From a virus: a stretch of DNA of 64,000 bases. The DNA lies in the IMG/VR virus record IMGVR_UViG_3300038318_000351. One strand, written 5' to 3'. How positions within the stretch are numbered: position 1 is the stretch's first letter; each line of letters starts with the position of its first letter. The translations under genes were made by a program, and so were the position numbers. Below, piece by piece: positions 19,481 to 30,240 of the stretch. Under the pieces are notes generated by a model. The model was not told where the DNA came from. It did no database searches and saw only the letters and a program-made list of their open reading frames with translations.

Positions 19481-20869
19481 TTATTCTAAGAACAGCGTAA
19501 GATTAATATAATTGCAAGGATAAGGAGGTTTTACTCGAACATCAACTAACAATGTATCAGGATTATCTTCATCCTGTTTCATCGCGGTAACTATCCCGGC
19601 AACAATAACCTTATCTTTCTTTAATTGATTTATTCCGCCACTTAAAGAAGATTGAATTAATGCGATTGTCTCTCCTGTAATATTATATTTACCAATGTAC
19701 TGTTCACATACCTTTCTCAGATATTTAGAAGCATAATCGCCAATCATTACAATCGAGCTCTCTTTTGTCTGAACGCTGTTCATATCAGTTGTTAATTGAT
19801 GTCTAATGATAATTGGCGTTCCAGGTCCATCCGGCTGCGTCAAAATCATAACACCTTTTTCTGCAAGCATATTCATCTGTTTGCGTCTCATGTTTACGCC
19901 TTTTAACGTATGAAATACCGTAATTCCGTCTCTTGTCTTAGAACGGTAAATCGGTAAGAAAGCTTCTCTGCCTGCATAGGCAGCTGCAATAAACGGAGCA
20001 TCAAGCTCATGATAATTCCCATCGGCAAGCATTTTTGTTGCAACGTCAGGATACAGAACAATAATTCTCTTATTTGCCTTGCTCGCAGCGTAGTCTCCGA
20101 CACCGGTGTAAACCTCGTTAAAATCAGTCGGAGCAGTTTCAAGCGGAGCACCATAGATAGCCGTTCTCTCTTTTCTTTCTTCATAAGAAGAACACTGTTC
20201 TATATGAGCATCGATCACATTATTAATTTCAGCTCCTACATCAACCGGTACAATTCTCCATGCATCATTTATAAACTCTACATATTTTTGAAGGGATGCT
20301 GCATATTCAATCGAGGTAACCTTACCAGTAGTCTCATCAGGGGCTACTTGCAATACATAAACTGCTGGCGCGCCAGCCTGTATTGCAATTTTAGCCGCAA
20401 CAGCCAATCTGTTAATCGGTGCACCCTCTTCATGCGTTCTAAAGTCAGACCCGTAGTATTGTTCTACTTCTTCCTCCAAAAATACAAGCCGAGGTTCATA
20501 TTGCTCATCAGTTACCTTGTAAGTATAGGTAATATAGTAGTTTTCTCCTGCCGCTGGTTTATTAGCAGCTGTAGTCTCCCAAGTAATGAAGTTTTCACCG
20601 GTAGTATGTTTAAAATCTTTGACTTTCTCTACACCTTCCGATTGAAAGTACGTTGCCTTTTTTGCCGTGGTACCGACAGACAGAATTTTCTCCGCACCCA
20701 TCGGTAAATAATCCGCATCGTCAGCAGAAGCTCTTGTGATAACATCAGTTCTCTCTAATACCTGCGCACCACTGCCCATGATAACCGGGATTAAAAGCGG
20801 TGTGGATCCTGTAGCATATTTAGGATTTGTTACTAACTGCAGGTATGCACCAGGCTCTCTGTATGCCAT
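19481..20869 (-). CDS. Contractile tail sheath protein
   Basis: MAYREPGAYLQ N-terminus; C-terminal sheath motifs (LAEKGVMIL, IRHQLTT, DNPDTLLVDVRVKPPYPCNYINL). Confidence 0.9.
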   Translation of the reverse strand: MAYREPGAYLQLVTNPKYATGSTPLLIPVIMGSGAQVLERTDVITRASADDADYLPMGAEKILSVGTTAKKATYFQSEGVEKVKDFKHTTGENFITWETTAANKPAAGENYYITYTYKVTDEQYEPRLVFLEEEVEQYYGSDFRTHEEGAPINRLAVAAKIAIQAGAPAVYVLQVAPDETTGKVTSIEYAASLQKYVEFINDAWRIVPVDVGAEINNVIDAHIEQCSSYEERKERTAIYGAPLETAPTDFNEVYTGVGDYAASKANKRIIVLYPDVATKMLADGNYHELDAPFIAAAYAGREAFLPIYRSKTRDGITVFHTLKGVNMRRKQMNMLAEKGVMILTQPDGPGTPIIIRHQLTTDMNSVQTKESSIVMIGDYASKYLRKVCEQYIGKYNITGETIALIQSSLSGGINQLKKDKVIVAGIVTAMKQDEDNPDTLLVDVRVKPPYPCNYINLTLFLE

Positions 20870-20907
20870 AATTTATCCACCTCTCTCTTTAAAATTAATT
20901 CTGAATT

Positions 20908-21522
20908 TTATTTGTTGTCAACAGAAACTTTTACCTTTGTAAAAGTTTTGCCCAATTTATTAATTGGCTGCGACCTGTTATTCTCTAAATAATTAAACGG
21001 CGTTTTATTTACCGCTAAATTTAGAATGCCTTGCACTGTAACCGGAGTTTGAAATATCTTTTCTGGATATTGCTCTTTTACAGAACTTGGACTTTTTGTT
21101 ATATTACGAATATTTAGCATAAGGTTATCGCTTAAATATTCGTATGCCTCAAAGTCAACATAGTAGGCAAGCCTATTTGCTAAATTTCGGCTCACATCAT
21201 ATTGCCCTAAACAGATTAAAGAAACCGAATATGGTATTTGAGCCACATACTCACTTCCATAATTTCGTATTCCGTTTACTGCAAAATTTTGATTAAAATT
21301 ATTGCTGAATCCATATTGAGACTCGTTTTGGTAACCAATACCCGTTATTACGATGTGTGGTGTTTTAAACGGAGTATCCGGGTTTGGGAAATCAGTAGTA
21401 ATAATTACTCTACTAATTTCGTCACTAACATTATACATAAATTCATCATCGAATTCAAATATTCTTCTGACGCCCCGAACATACCTTGCTTCGATCTCTC
21501 TCTCAATATCTGTAAATGCCAT
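20908..21522 (-). CDS. Tail terminator / neck protein
   Basis: Position directly upstream of sheath; beta-rich pattern (TPHIVITG...YSVSLICLG...). Confidence 0.5.
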   Translation of the reverse strand: MAFTDIEREIEARYVRGVRRIFEFDDEFMYNVSDEISRVIITTDFPNPDTPFKTPHIVITGIGYQNESQYGFSNNFNQNFAVNGIRNYGSEYVAQIPYSVSLICLGQYDVSRNLANRLAYYVDFEAYEYLSDNLMLNIRNITKSPSSVKEQYPEKIFQTPVTVQGILNLAVNKTPFNYLENNRSQPINKLGKTFTKVKVSVDNK

Positions 21523-21533
21523 TTAATTTTCAC

Positions 21534-22337
21534 CTACACTTTCAACGCATCTATATTAATCGGTATATCATACACAATACTACTTTTTGGTACCATCATC
21601 ATTTGAACGGTTTGCCTAATGAGATAAGAATTTTTTGTACTAGGCTGCCAACTTGTTACGACATATCGATTATTTTGATTATCCACAAGTATATCATCAA
21701 TTTTGATTAAAGGGTAATTCGTTGTCCACATGGTAAGCGGGGTTTTCTTTTCTCCGACATCATAAGGATTGAAATCTTCCATATGCCCAGGAGTATTAAA
21801 ATATGATACTTGAATGATTTGAGGCTCGTAATATCCGCCCACATATTTTGTGTTAAAACAGGATTTACAACTTGCTGATTGTGAACGTTGCCTAACGTCA
21901 TCATAACAAACCGAACAAATTTGTCCGCTATGCTTCCTGTTTAATAAAATCATACGGTGATTATTAATTACTCGGTCTAGGTGCATTTTATAAACTTCAA
22001 TTAGGTAAAAAGCTTCGTTATCTGGCTCATTTTTATCTAACTCATAAACATCCGACCAAGATATTTCACCTGACGGCTTATGCGTTATTTTTACCTTATA
22101 AAAATATTTAACCGATAGTGTTCTTAAATTCACTCCATAATCCAGGAAAGACATTTTTTTTATATCCAAGTAAATCAACGAAAATCCGTCTTCGGAATGA
22201 TTTGATTTATAAAGGTCAATCTGGTAATCCGAAATATCTTCATAAGTATCATTTAAGATAACTTTTCCATAAACAAAATCTACACCAAATTGTGATGACA
22301 GCCTAATCTGCTTTACACTGATCATAATCAAAACCAC
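21534..22337 (-). CDS. Neck/head-completion protein with FN3-like N-terminus and Cys4 zinc motif
   Basis: FN3-like YQIDLYKS...YFYKVK; CSVC...CKSCFNTKYVGGY. Confidence 0.55.
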   Translation of the reverse strand: MVLIMISVKQIRLSSQFGVDFVYGKVILNDTYEDISDYQIDLYKSNHSEDGFSLIYLDIKKMSFLDYGVNLRTLSVKYFYKVKITHKPSGEISWSDVYELDKNEPDNEAFYLIEVYKMHLDRVINNHRMILLNRKHSGQICSVCYDDVRQRSQSASCKSCFNTKYVGGYYEPQIIQVSYFNTPGHMEDFNPYDVGEKKTPLTMWTTNYPLIKIDDILVDNQNNRYVVTSWQPSTKNSYLIRQTVQMMMVPKSSIVYDIPINIDALKV

Positions 22338-22846
22338 CTATATCCGAATTCAGAGCCAACGCTAACAAAACCCGAATTAGAACTTCTGGGAATAACGCCG
22401 GATTTGAATTCCTTTTTATCAATCATATATTGCTGAAGTAGAATTCCTGCCCATCCTTGATACATGCCGGATTTATTAAACATCGCAATGCTCAATCCTG
22501 AATCGTTATAATCCATTTGATTTCTTAATTGCAAAATACCTTCGGACATCAGAGAAAAGATGATAGCGCCTTCCACGATTAAGTCATCATCGCCACGTTG
22601 GGTAAGAGTGAAAATTGTATATTTTGTAGCCGGATATCCGCTGTTAATATCTTTAATCGCTAATTTCAAAAATCGAACAATCTGATCATCGGAGTAATAC
22701 TCCATTTTTTTATTAATAATGTTTTTCTCCGGATCATCATCAGCCATTCGTACTCTAAAATCAGTAATTAACTCTTGTAATATTTGCTTTTCTTCTTGCG
22801 TATAATTCCCGGAAATATGATATATTTTATGCATTATTAGTGGCAT
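22328..22846 (-). CDS. Head-tail adaptor-like protein
   Basis: Helical 172-aa protein (YSDDQIVRFLKLAIKDIN...QMDYNDSGLSI) between capsid and neck genes. Confidence 0.5.
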   Translation of the reverse strand: MPLIMHKIYHISGNYTQEEKQILQELITDFRVRMADDDPEKNIINKKMEYYSDDQIVRFLKLAIKDINSGYPATKYTIFTLTQRGDDDLIVEGAIIFSLMSEGILQLRNQMDYNDSGLSIAMFNKSGMYQGWAGILLQQYMIDKKEFKSGVIPRSSNSGFVSVGSEFGYRWF

Positions 22847-22848
22847 AT

Positions 22849-23682
22849 TTAACTCACCGTCCTTTGCATACCGATAGAAGTATATCCGTCTTTTTCAAAA
22901 ACAAAATAATACTGCCCTGGCTTTAGAATCAGTGTCCACTTACCCTTTACATCGGAAGCGGTTTTAGATATTAATTCTTTTGTTAATGGATCATAAGCAG
23001 ATATTTTTACACCGGATAATGGTATATTTGAATCATTTGTAATAGTGCAATCTGTGCCATCTGTGGACTGTACAGATTTATCAGTAACAACCACAGGAGC
23101 AATGTTATCGGAAGCAGCCGTTGCAGACAATATCATCAATGTTTCATTTTCTCCATCTAAGATAGTAATATAATATTTACTATCTTCATCGGGAGTAAAA
23201 TGTGAAACTACTACCCCGCCATCCAATGCTGTCATGTTTTCATAAGCAGGTGTTATATTCCAGGTACCATTATACCAATATGTTTTATCTATATCCTTAC
23301 ATATTTGAACCTGCGGAATAATATCAGCATTATTAGCAGGATATTTAATAGTGAATTCGCAACCTGTAAGCCATTGATAACTTGCAAAATCCTCTTCGTA
23401 TACTTCTAAAGTTTCTACTTTAGAAGATTGATACGTATCAGACTTTGCAGTAATTTCAAAAACACCAGCCATATCAGGAGTAAAAACATATTGATATACT
23501 CCATCAAGTGTATGCTCTAAATAAATATCAAGTTCAGAACCACTCCAGCTAATTCCGTTCCAATAGGTACCTTTGCCGATATCCTTGATAATTACATAAG
23601 GTGAGTCATTCGTAATTCTAACCCCGTTAATATCCGTAACTAACAACGATATTGTATAACTATTACCAAGTTTTAGAAACAT
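22849..23682 (-). CDS. Virion protein with repeated Ig-like folds and a carboxypeptidase-regulatory-like C-terminal domain
   Basis: Two similar units with YWNG.W motif; C-terminal PLSGVKISAY...SDVKGKWTLILKPGQY. Confidence 0.55.
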   Translation of the reverse strand: MFLKLGNSYTISLLVTDINGVRITNDSPYVIIKDIGKGTYWNGISWSGSELDIYLEHTLDGVYQYVFTPDMAGVFEITAKSDTYQSSKVETLEVYEEDFASYQWLTGCEFTIKYPANNADIIPQVQICKDIDKTYWYNGTWNITPAYENMTALDGGVVVSHFTPDEDSKYYITILDGENETLMILSATAASDNIAPVVVTDKSVQSTDGTDCTITNDSNIPLSGVKISAYDPLTKELISKTASDVKGKWTLILKPGQYYFVFEKDGYTSIGMQRTVS

Positions 23683-23698
23683 GCCTTATCTCACCCAC

Positions 23699-24274
23699 TT
23701 ATTTAAGAATTTCTTTTGCCAAATCCACAGTACCGGGCTTATATTCAATTTCATTTTCAATGATATGATTAATAACTTCTTCGGTTACCTCTCCATTCTT
23801 AATTGCTGTATTTTTAGCCCTGGTACTAAGTGCATCAAATTCTTCCACACTCGATATGATCACTTTGTCTATGTTGATAGCTGCTTCCTCCGGAGCAACT
23901 TCTTCTGCGGTGGTTTCTTCGAGAGAGTCTTCCTCTGCAACTACTTCTTCCGGAGCAACTTCTTCTTGGACAACATCCTCTCGAATAGTTTCTTCAACGG
24001 TAGTTTCTTCGGGAACAACTTTTTCTTCCGGAACAGTAGAATCAATCTTAATTTTCTGCGCAACAACCCTTCTGCCATTTGCCTTCAAAAACTCTGCATA
24101 ATTATGTTTTATAATTTTAAACCATCCATTTTCTTCTGCCTTTTGGAGATTTAAAAATACCCTTTCCTCAACATTAGTGGTTGCTACATTCTTAGGTGTA
24201 AATCTTTTTCCGCCGATAATAATACCTCTGTTATCCTTTCCTTTATAAAGCCCAGTTATTGTTACCTCTTTCAT
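23699..24274 (-). CDS. Acidic protein with Glu-rich VxPEE repeats
   Basis: VPEEKVVPEETTVEE...VAPEEVVAEE...VAPEE; DNA repeat CTTCCGGAGCAACTTC-like occurs twice. Confidence 0.65.
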   Translation of the reverse strand: MKEVTITGLYKGKDNRGIIIGGKRFTPKNVATTNVEERVFLNLQKAEENGWFKIIKHNYAEFLKANGRRVVAQKIKIDSTVPEEKVVPEETTVEETIREDVVQEEVAPEEVVAEEDSLEETTAEEVAPEEAAINIDKVIISSVEEFDALSTRAKNTAIKNGEVTEEVINHIIENEIEYKPGTVDLAKEILK

Positions 24275-24311
24275 TGCATATCCTCCTTTTTAAATTTAAT
24301 AGTTTACAAAA

Positions 24312-24352
24312 ATAATAAGGGTAGGACCCTTATGAAGTCCTACCCTTATTAT
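24312..24352. terminator. Terminator-like hairpin after major capsid gene
   Basis: 16-bp inverted repeat ATAATAAGGGTAGGAC / GTCCTACCCTTATTAT. Confidence 0.75.
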
Positions 24353-24362
24353 AATGAATATA

Positions 24363-25385
24363 TTATTTTCCTTCAAGGGAACCAAAACCAACAGCTTTTG
24401 CACCATCTCTAGCCATTACGCTATCTCCGGAAGCAAAATGAATCTTGTCTCCGCCATCCTCAAAATCAAGAATTAACTTACCAACAGCCTTCTGAGAAGC
24501 AAGGTAAATGCCGAGGAACTCAAACATAAATAAACCTTTTTCAAGCTTATTTGCTGTTTCAGTTAATCTAACAGTAAGATCCTTCAGAATAGGCATACGG
24601 CCTACATACTCTGGATCAGCAAAAGCGTAAACAATATCCATAGGGATAATAGGAGAAGTAATTAACTTTACGCTACCCCAAATAGAATACTTAACGCCAG
24701 TCTCTAAGATCTCTCTTTGAGTTAACTGATCGACTTCGGAAGTTGCCCAGTCAAGAACATCATCCAATCTGGTAGGATTCATTACAAATGCAGCCAAAGG
24801 AACATTATGCTGAGAAAGAGTCTTCTTCAAATTTACAAGATGAGTCTTTCTCAAACTTGTATCTGCTGCAGTAACAATCTGACCATCATGTGTAGGAGCC
24901 TTCTTGGTACCATCACCAATTAACAATCTTTCAATAAGATCGATAATCTTAGTATCTTCGGCTTTTGCTACAGCCTGACCAGAAAGCTCTCTAACTCTTT
25001 CGAGATAGTTGTACTTCTGGGTCATTAATCTCTTTAAGCCGATTGTTACATCATCAGATGTAATTGTCATGATAGCAACGTTTACGCCATCACCCTCAAC
25101 CTGGTATCTAGGAACCTGCATATCAGCACCGTAAAATGCCGCATGTGAGTTTTGATCTTTCGGATAATATACATAATCTTCGCCATCGATAGGATGTAAT
25201 TCCTCGCTGACTACATTGTGTGCTATCAATACCTGACGTCCGAAAGCCTCGTAATCTCTTGTCTCACGAATAAACGGAGGCAATTTCTCCAAAGCGATTT
25301 TCTCCAGACCACCAGGCATATCTAATAATCTTGCAACGCTAAAATCCGCATTAGCCGTTTCTGCTGCTGTTTTAATAGCTAACAT
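24363..25385 (-). CDS. Major capsid protein (HK97 fold)
   Basis: 340 aa; PFIRETRDYEAFGRQVL, AVAKAEDTKII, AAFVMNP, IWGSVKLITSPIIP motifs; follows decoration and scaffold-like genes; terminator downstream. Confidence 0.8.
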   Translation of the reverse strand: MLAIKTAAETANADFSVARLLDMPGGLEKIALEKLPPFIRETRDYEAFGRQVLIAHNVVSEELHPIDGEDYVYYPKDQNSHAAFYGADMQVPRYQVEGDGVNVAIMTITSDDVTIGLKRLMTQKYNYLERVRELSGQAVAKAEDTKIIDLIERLLIGDGTKKAPTHDGQIVTAADTSLRKTHLVNLKKTLSQHNVPLAAFVMNPTRLDDVLDWATSEVDQLTQREILETGVKYSIWGSVKLITSPIIPMDIVYAFADPEYVGRMPILKDLTVRLTETANKLEKGLFMFEFLGIYLASQKAVGKLILDFEDGGDKIHFASGDSVMARDGAKAVGFGSLEGK

Positions 25386-25416
25386 ATCTTTATCACCATC
25401 CTTTATATTGTTTTAA

Positions 25417-25839
25417 TTACGCTGAAAAGATTTTTAAGTAACCGTTAACCGGTTGACCCTTTGCATATGCAACGATAGGCTTTTTACCAGCATCAGCCAC
25501 GCTATCCCAAGGAGTTAAAATACCGCCATCAGCAATTTTTAAAGGTGTCATTGTAGTATTATAAGTACCAGCTGGATCGAAGTTACTAACTTCTAATCTA
25601 AATACACCGTGTAAGAAAGCAACTTTCTTTACGGGAACGCCTCCTACTAAGTTTCTTCCAGCTCTCTTGGAACCAATTGCAATGAAGGCTTTGGTAGCAT
25701 CTGCGCCAGCAATAACTAATTTGCCAAATTCGTTAAATGTTACCCATTGACCTTCCTCTACCGTTGCAACAGAATCATCAAGATATTCATCTGCTACTCT
25801 GTACGCATATTCATCAAATCTTTGTTCGAATTTTATCAC
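25417..25839 (-). CDS. Capsid decoration/cement protein
   Basis: 140 aa directly upstream of MCP; EEGQWVTF...G.L pattern like beta-tulip decoration proteins. Confidence 0.6.
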   Translation of the reverse strand: MIKFEQRFDEYAYRVADEYLDDSVATVEEGQWVTFNEFGKLVIAGADATKAFIAIGSKRAGRNLVGGVPVKKVAFLHGVFRLEVSNFDPAGTYNTTMTPLKIADGGILTPWDSVADAGKKPIVAYAKGQPVNGYLKIFSA

Positions 25840-25873
25840 GGGGATTCCTCCTTCACTTTATTATTAATTAATT

Positions 25874-26920
25874 TTAGATTTCACTTACTGCATCTTCAAG
25901 CGAATCCGCTAACGACTTTCTATGTTCAATATTATTACTTTCCATCAGGAAAGTCAAATCATCAACGCCTGACGCAACTTTCTCTACGGCGCGAACATTT
26001 TCAATAGCCTGCTTAAACATGCGAAAAGCATTTTCATCCATCTCGATCATTTCATTGATCTTTGATTGAACGTCAGCCACTTTAATAAGACCTTTATTTA
26101 ACATCATATCAGCAACGGATTTAGCTTCATCGGCTTTCTTTATGATGCAAAGTTCGTCCATAAGCTTTTTGTTTTCGTTTGCTAATTTGATCATGTCATT
26201 TTCCATTTCTTTTTGCTTATAAGCAGCCGTTTTTAACACATTACTAGCTCTTAAAAGTAAGCCAGCTTCGTTATCAACAATCGGGGTTATGGATGCAGTC
26301 TCCGATGCACTATCTAATAATACGGCAGCAATTTTTTCTTTTAAATTTTGTCTATATTCACTTTCTTTCACTACATCATCACCACCCTTATGCCGTTTTT
26401 TTTCAACAGAGTTCATAATTTTTGAGTTAAGATACATAGCACCCGCCGTCGGTAAAACTGCCTTTTTTACTTTCTCAATTGGCGCAGTTAACGCGGGCAC
26501 AGAAACTTGTATAATTTCATCCGCAACGCCATCCGGATTTGTTTTAAGCGGAATCTTATGTTTATAGGTAAACGCGTTTCCCATTCCCTTTGTAACTTTG
26601 TTTTTAGCTAATGTCTGTTGAACTTTGTTCCCGGCTTTAATATCTGCATTACTTAATTTACGCTGAGTATTAGAAAGTTTTCTTTTGATAATATCCCCAG
26701 CCCTTTTCTTGCCGGTCACTTTGTTCAACAAGGCATTAGCTCCATCAAGGACGATAGAGCCAGAACCGCCCTTATCATACATAATATATCTGGCCAACTC
26801 TTCGGGATCAGTATGTCCCTTAAAATTTTTACCTTGTTGCTGCAGTTCCTTCAAATTTTTTACTAAATCATCAAAATTTGAAGCTTTTATGGCAGCTTGC
26901 TTAGATAGCAATTGATGCAT
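25874..26920 (-). CDS. Scaffold-like/internal head protein with K-x-A motifs
   Basis: Basic central region and coiled-coil C-terminus; KQAA, KTAA, KLAN, KVAS motifs. Confidence 0.55.
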   Translation of the reverse strand: MHQLLSKQAAIKASNFDDLVKNLKELQQQGKNFKGHTDPEELARYIMYDKGGSGSIVLDGANALLNKVTGKKRAGDIIKRKLSNTQRKLSNADIKAGNKVQQTLAKNKVTKGMGNAFTYKHKIPLKTNPDGVADEIIQVSVPALTAPIEKVKKAVLPTAGAMYLNSKIMNSVEKKRHKGGDDVVKESEYRQNLKEKIAAVLLDSASETASITPIVDNEAGLLLRASNVLKTAAYKQKEMENDMIKLANENKKLMDELCIIKKADEAKSVADMMLNKGLIKVADVQSKINEMIEMDENAFRMFKQAIENVRAVEKVASGVDDLTFLMESNNIEHRKSLADSLEDAVSEI

Positions 26921-26940
26921 ATAATTGCACCCCCTATCTA

Positions 26941-27621
26941 TTATTCACCATATCCTGCAACGATATCACTTAAATTCATAAGAATATCATCGGCTACCTG
27001 GAGTGAATTTCTGCCAGAAAGATAAGCAAGTTTTTCCGACTTATCAGCAACAAAACTAGCAATCTTTTCATCGGGAAGTTTAGTATATACATAGTCAAGC
27101 AGCGAGTATCCTTCTTCGGCAAGCTTCTCTTCCACTACTTCGTAAGCAACCTTAACTAAGTCATCATGCTCATACTCAGATGCCATAACAGATTCTTCTT
27201 CATTCGAAGAATCATCAACTTCTTCTTCAACTTCCTTAGCCCGAGGATCAACGATTTCCTCTTTTTCTTCTTTTGTCTTTGCCTCTTCCGCTTGTTCCGA
27301 ATCAGTAGCGTCAACTCTTTCGTCGGCTTTTTCACCCTCACCAGGATCAGCTACTTTTGCGGCGTTTTGCTGCGCCAACTCCTCTTTTCTTTTTTCTTCA
27401 TCAACCTGGGTATCCTCTGCAATCTTTTCCTCGATTGTAGCCGGGCTAGAAGCATTCTTCTCATAAGCTATCTTTAACTCGGATGCAAGAGCCTCTAACT
27501 CGTCCGTCGAAAAAGCATCCAGCATTGATTCAGTAGCCTGATTATTTTCAAAAGCTGTTTTTTCCTCATAATAGTCATCTTTAATAAGAGACTCGTAAAA
27601 ATTCGTTCTTTGACCTGCCAC
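26941..27621 (-). CDS. Acidic scaffold-like protein rich in K-x-A motifs
   Basis: Very Glu/Asp-rich; nine K-x-A motifs in 226 aa; directly downstream of the protease. Confidence 0.6.
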   Translation of the reverse strand: MAGQRTNFYESLIKDDYYEEKTAFENNQATESMLDAFSTDELEALASELKIAYEKNASSPATIEEKIAEDTQVDEEKRKEELAQQNAAKVADPGEGEKADERVDATDSEQAEEAKTKEEKEEIVDPRAKEVEEEVDDSSNEEESVMASEYEHDDLVKVAYEVVEEKLAEEGYSLLDYVYTKLPDEKIASFVADKSEKLAYLSGRNSLQVADDILMNLSDIVAGYGE

Positions 27622-27647
27622 TTTAAATGCGCTCCTTTCGGTTTAAT

Positions 27648-30131
27648 TTATTTTAATGATTGTGTTGGTGCAACATCATTTATTTTTGATGATCTAATAT
27701 CTGCACCTTTTTTTGATTTATTAAATAGTTTTGAAAAAATAAAACTATCAATGACGTTACCCGGGATAGTAGCAAATAACGATGTACCTTCCGGGTTAAA
27801 CAATATGTCTCCTACCGTATTCTTAGCTATTTGCTTAGTTAATCCCTCATCTGCAACTTTTTCAATTTCTATTTTAATGCAATCACTTGCTGTTTTCAAG
27901 TATTCTTCCAAATCATCTTCGGTTAAGGCATTTTTAAACAAAATATCATTGACAACATCCTGTCTTTGCTCCGCCATTAAAATACATGCTTGTTTAATTA
28001 CACCTAGTTCTTCTCTGGAATACTTTTTTAACATTGTTGCGTCAATGCTTTCATCTTTGAACATATCTTTATTATATAATGTATCACCCTCATTATCAAA
28101 CGAAGCATTCTTCTCCTGACCACTATAGGGTAATCCCGAAGCAAACTTTTTATATAAAACATCATCTACGGTTTTTACAACATTAGCAGCACCCTTGCTA
28201 TTCTTTATTTTGTTAACACCTTTACTAATTGCAGGGGCAAATGCCAATTGTAATAAAGCTAAGTTACCAGGATTTTCTGCTGCAAAGCGATTTGCCGTGC
28301 TAACTCTTTTACCGTTATGAATTCTCGCTCGCTGTAAAGCGGAATAAGCATATGCTGCAGGTACACCGATAACAACCGCCTTACTTACCTTCCACGGATT
28401 CTTCTGTTGATTTTTTTGTTTTGAAGCAACTTTATCCATTTCGAGCGACTCTATATCATAAATCTCGTTCGCAAATTTGTTTATTCCATCTTGTAATTCT
28501 CCACTTAAGTAGCTCGCAACTCGTTCATCTTCATAGGTCGAATACATTAATCCTGACAATATATAGGGGATGGTAGATGCAACCTTATGAATAGATGCCC
28601 CATTATTAATCATTTTTACTGGCATAAAATGATTAATATTTTCCGGATGCTGCACTGGACCATTACTAATCATTCTAACTAGTCTCGGGATAAGGAATTT
28701 ACGGTGCATACTTCTCTCAGGAAGTAATGGCTTTACGATATCATTCATAATATCATATTGCATAGCATCATCCTGTACAGACGGAACAGGTCTCTTCATT
28801 ATAACAATTGTCGCTTTTGTTTTTTTAATAGGATCTCCTACATTATTCATCAAGTTTATAATTTTATCATGACGTGGCATAAATCCTTCAGAGATAGTTT
28901 TAAACAAAGATGGTAGATTCATATACTCAGACATGGAATTTTCACTTGTCACTTCGTCTACTTCTTTAGCTATGTTATGCGCAGTATCATCGTTAACTTC
29001 TTCCACCAAATTAATTTTTCTTAAATCCGGCGTATTGCAGCCGACCAAGGAACAGGATATATCATGTAATTCCAACGGAGTTAATTCAATGCCAGCAAAA
29101 TTTAACACCTTTAAAAACTGATCAAGAGCAGCATCTACCGGAACACCTCTTTTTGTAGCTAAGCTTTTGATGCTATTAGCGATTTTAACACATTTATCAC
29201 GGTCCCAGTAATCTTCATAAAGTATTTTAAGAAGTTCGGACATAGCTTCAACCTTGTCTCGCCTCTCATTAATATAATCCCCTTTTGCAGCACTCAAGAT
29301 TTTACCTTGTAAATCTTTCTTTATCTCTGCAATCTTTTGAACGTAAGCTTTCTTGTCCATCTTTTTATACATGTTCATGTCAAGATCAATAGTATCAAAC
29401 TCATTTGCAACTTTCTCAGTAATATCTGGTACAATCATCTGACTAATAGATTCCTGAAAACTTGCAACTTTCTCCAAAGTTTTATCCTCTCTAAATGCTA
29501 CCTTATCTCCAACAATAAAAAGACCAGTCACTTTTGCTGCTTTTTCTGCACCATTTAGCACAGTAGAAATATCATGGAATTTGGGACCGATATTAATTTC
29601 ATATATCTTTCTACCATCCTCGAGTATTCTTCCTCTCTGATATTTGATATGATCACAATATTCAAATTTGGTTTTAGCTTTATTTCCACAAATTGAGCAA
29701 ACAGAATAGTTAATTCGACAGCCCATAGAAACGTCAGTCATGAATCCTTTTTCGAACCCGCGTACGATGGTTGGTGCTATTTTACGATCAATTCTCAAAA
29801 GAAGATCTACACCTTTCATCTTGTCGTTCCATTCAGCACTCAAGACATCTCCGATGGTATTTTTAATATCTTTATTTTCGTGATTCTTAAAAGCATGAGC
29901 TGTTAAAAACGTTGGATAACCTTGTATTAACTCACCTTCAGGAAAGAAATCAGAGTTTTTATTACACCCCCAATATTCACCAGCACTCACTGCTCTTACC
30001 TTCATATAGAGAAAATCCGGATCATAAACTACCCCGTCAGGCAATTTAAGCGCAGCTGTTTTTAATAAATCTCCATCTAATATTTCAACATCATCCCAAC
30101 CTAGCGAAGAGGTTGTCATTTTATCAAACAT
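27648..30131 (-). CDS. Prohead maturation protease with a long C-terminal extension
   Basis: N-terminal domain with GCNKNSDFF, AFKNHENKD (candidate His), DVSMGC (candidate Ser), CSICG..YCDH and FHDISTV, typical of HK97-type head proteases; first gene of the head operon. Confidence 0.75.
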   Translation of the reverse strand: MFDKMTTSSLGWDDVEILDGDLLKTAALKLPDGVVYDPDFLYMKVRAVSAGEYWGCNKNSDFFPEGELIQGYPTFLTAHAFKNHENKDIKNTIGDVLSAEWNDKMKGVDLLLRIDRKIAPTIVRGFEKGFMTDVSMGCRINYSVCSICGNKAKTKFEYCDHIKYQRGRILEDGRKIYEINIGPKFHDISTVLNGAEKAAKVTGLFIVGDKVAFREDKTLEKVASFQESISQMIVPDITEKVANEFDTIDLDMNMYKKMDKKAYVQKIAEIKKDLQGKILSAAKGDYINERRDKVEAMSELLKILYEDYWDRDKCVKIANSIKSLATKRGVPVDAALDQFLKVLNFAGIELTPLELHDISCSLVGCNTPDLRKINLVEEVNDDTAHNIAKEVDEVTSENSMSEYMNLPSLFKTISEGFMPRHDKIINLMNNVGDPIKKTKATIVIMKRPVPSVQDDAMQYDIMNDIVKPLLPERSMHRKFLIPRLVRMISNGPVQHPENINHFMPVKMINNGASIHKVASTIPYILSGLMYSTYEDERVASYLSGELQDGINKFANEIYDIESLEMDKVASKQKNQQKNPWKVSKAVVIGVPAAYAYSALQRARIHNGKRVSTANRFAAENPGNLALLQLAFAPAISKGVNKIKNSKGAANVVKTVDDVLYKKFASGLPYSGQEKNASFDNEGDTLYNKDMFKDESIDATMLKKYSREELGVIKQACILMAEQRQDVVNDILFKNALTEDDLEEYLKTASDCIKIEIEKVADEGLTKQIAKNTVGDILFNPEGTSLFATIPGNVIDSFIFSKLFNKSKKGADIRSSKINDVAPTQSLK

Positions 30132-30240
30132 TGATAGGGCACTCTCCTTTCAATTAAAATTACAATTTAAGTATAACACTTTCCCTCATTATATTAAAAT
30201 ATCAGCTAGATTTCCAGAAATTTTATTTAACATTCATCAT

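Noticed and set aside
1-22846. Tailocin, eCIS or T6SS locus
   Set aside because: Capsid, protease, portal and terminase genes are present, so this is a complete phage morphogenesis set.
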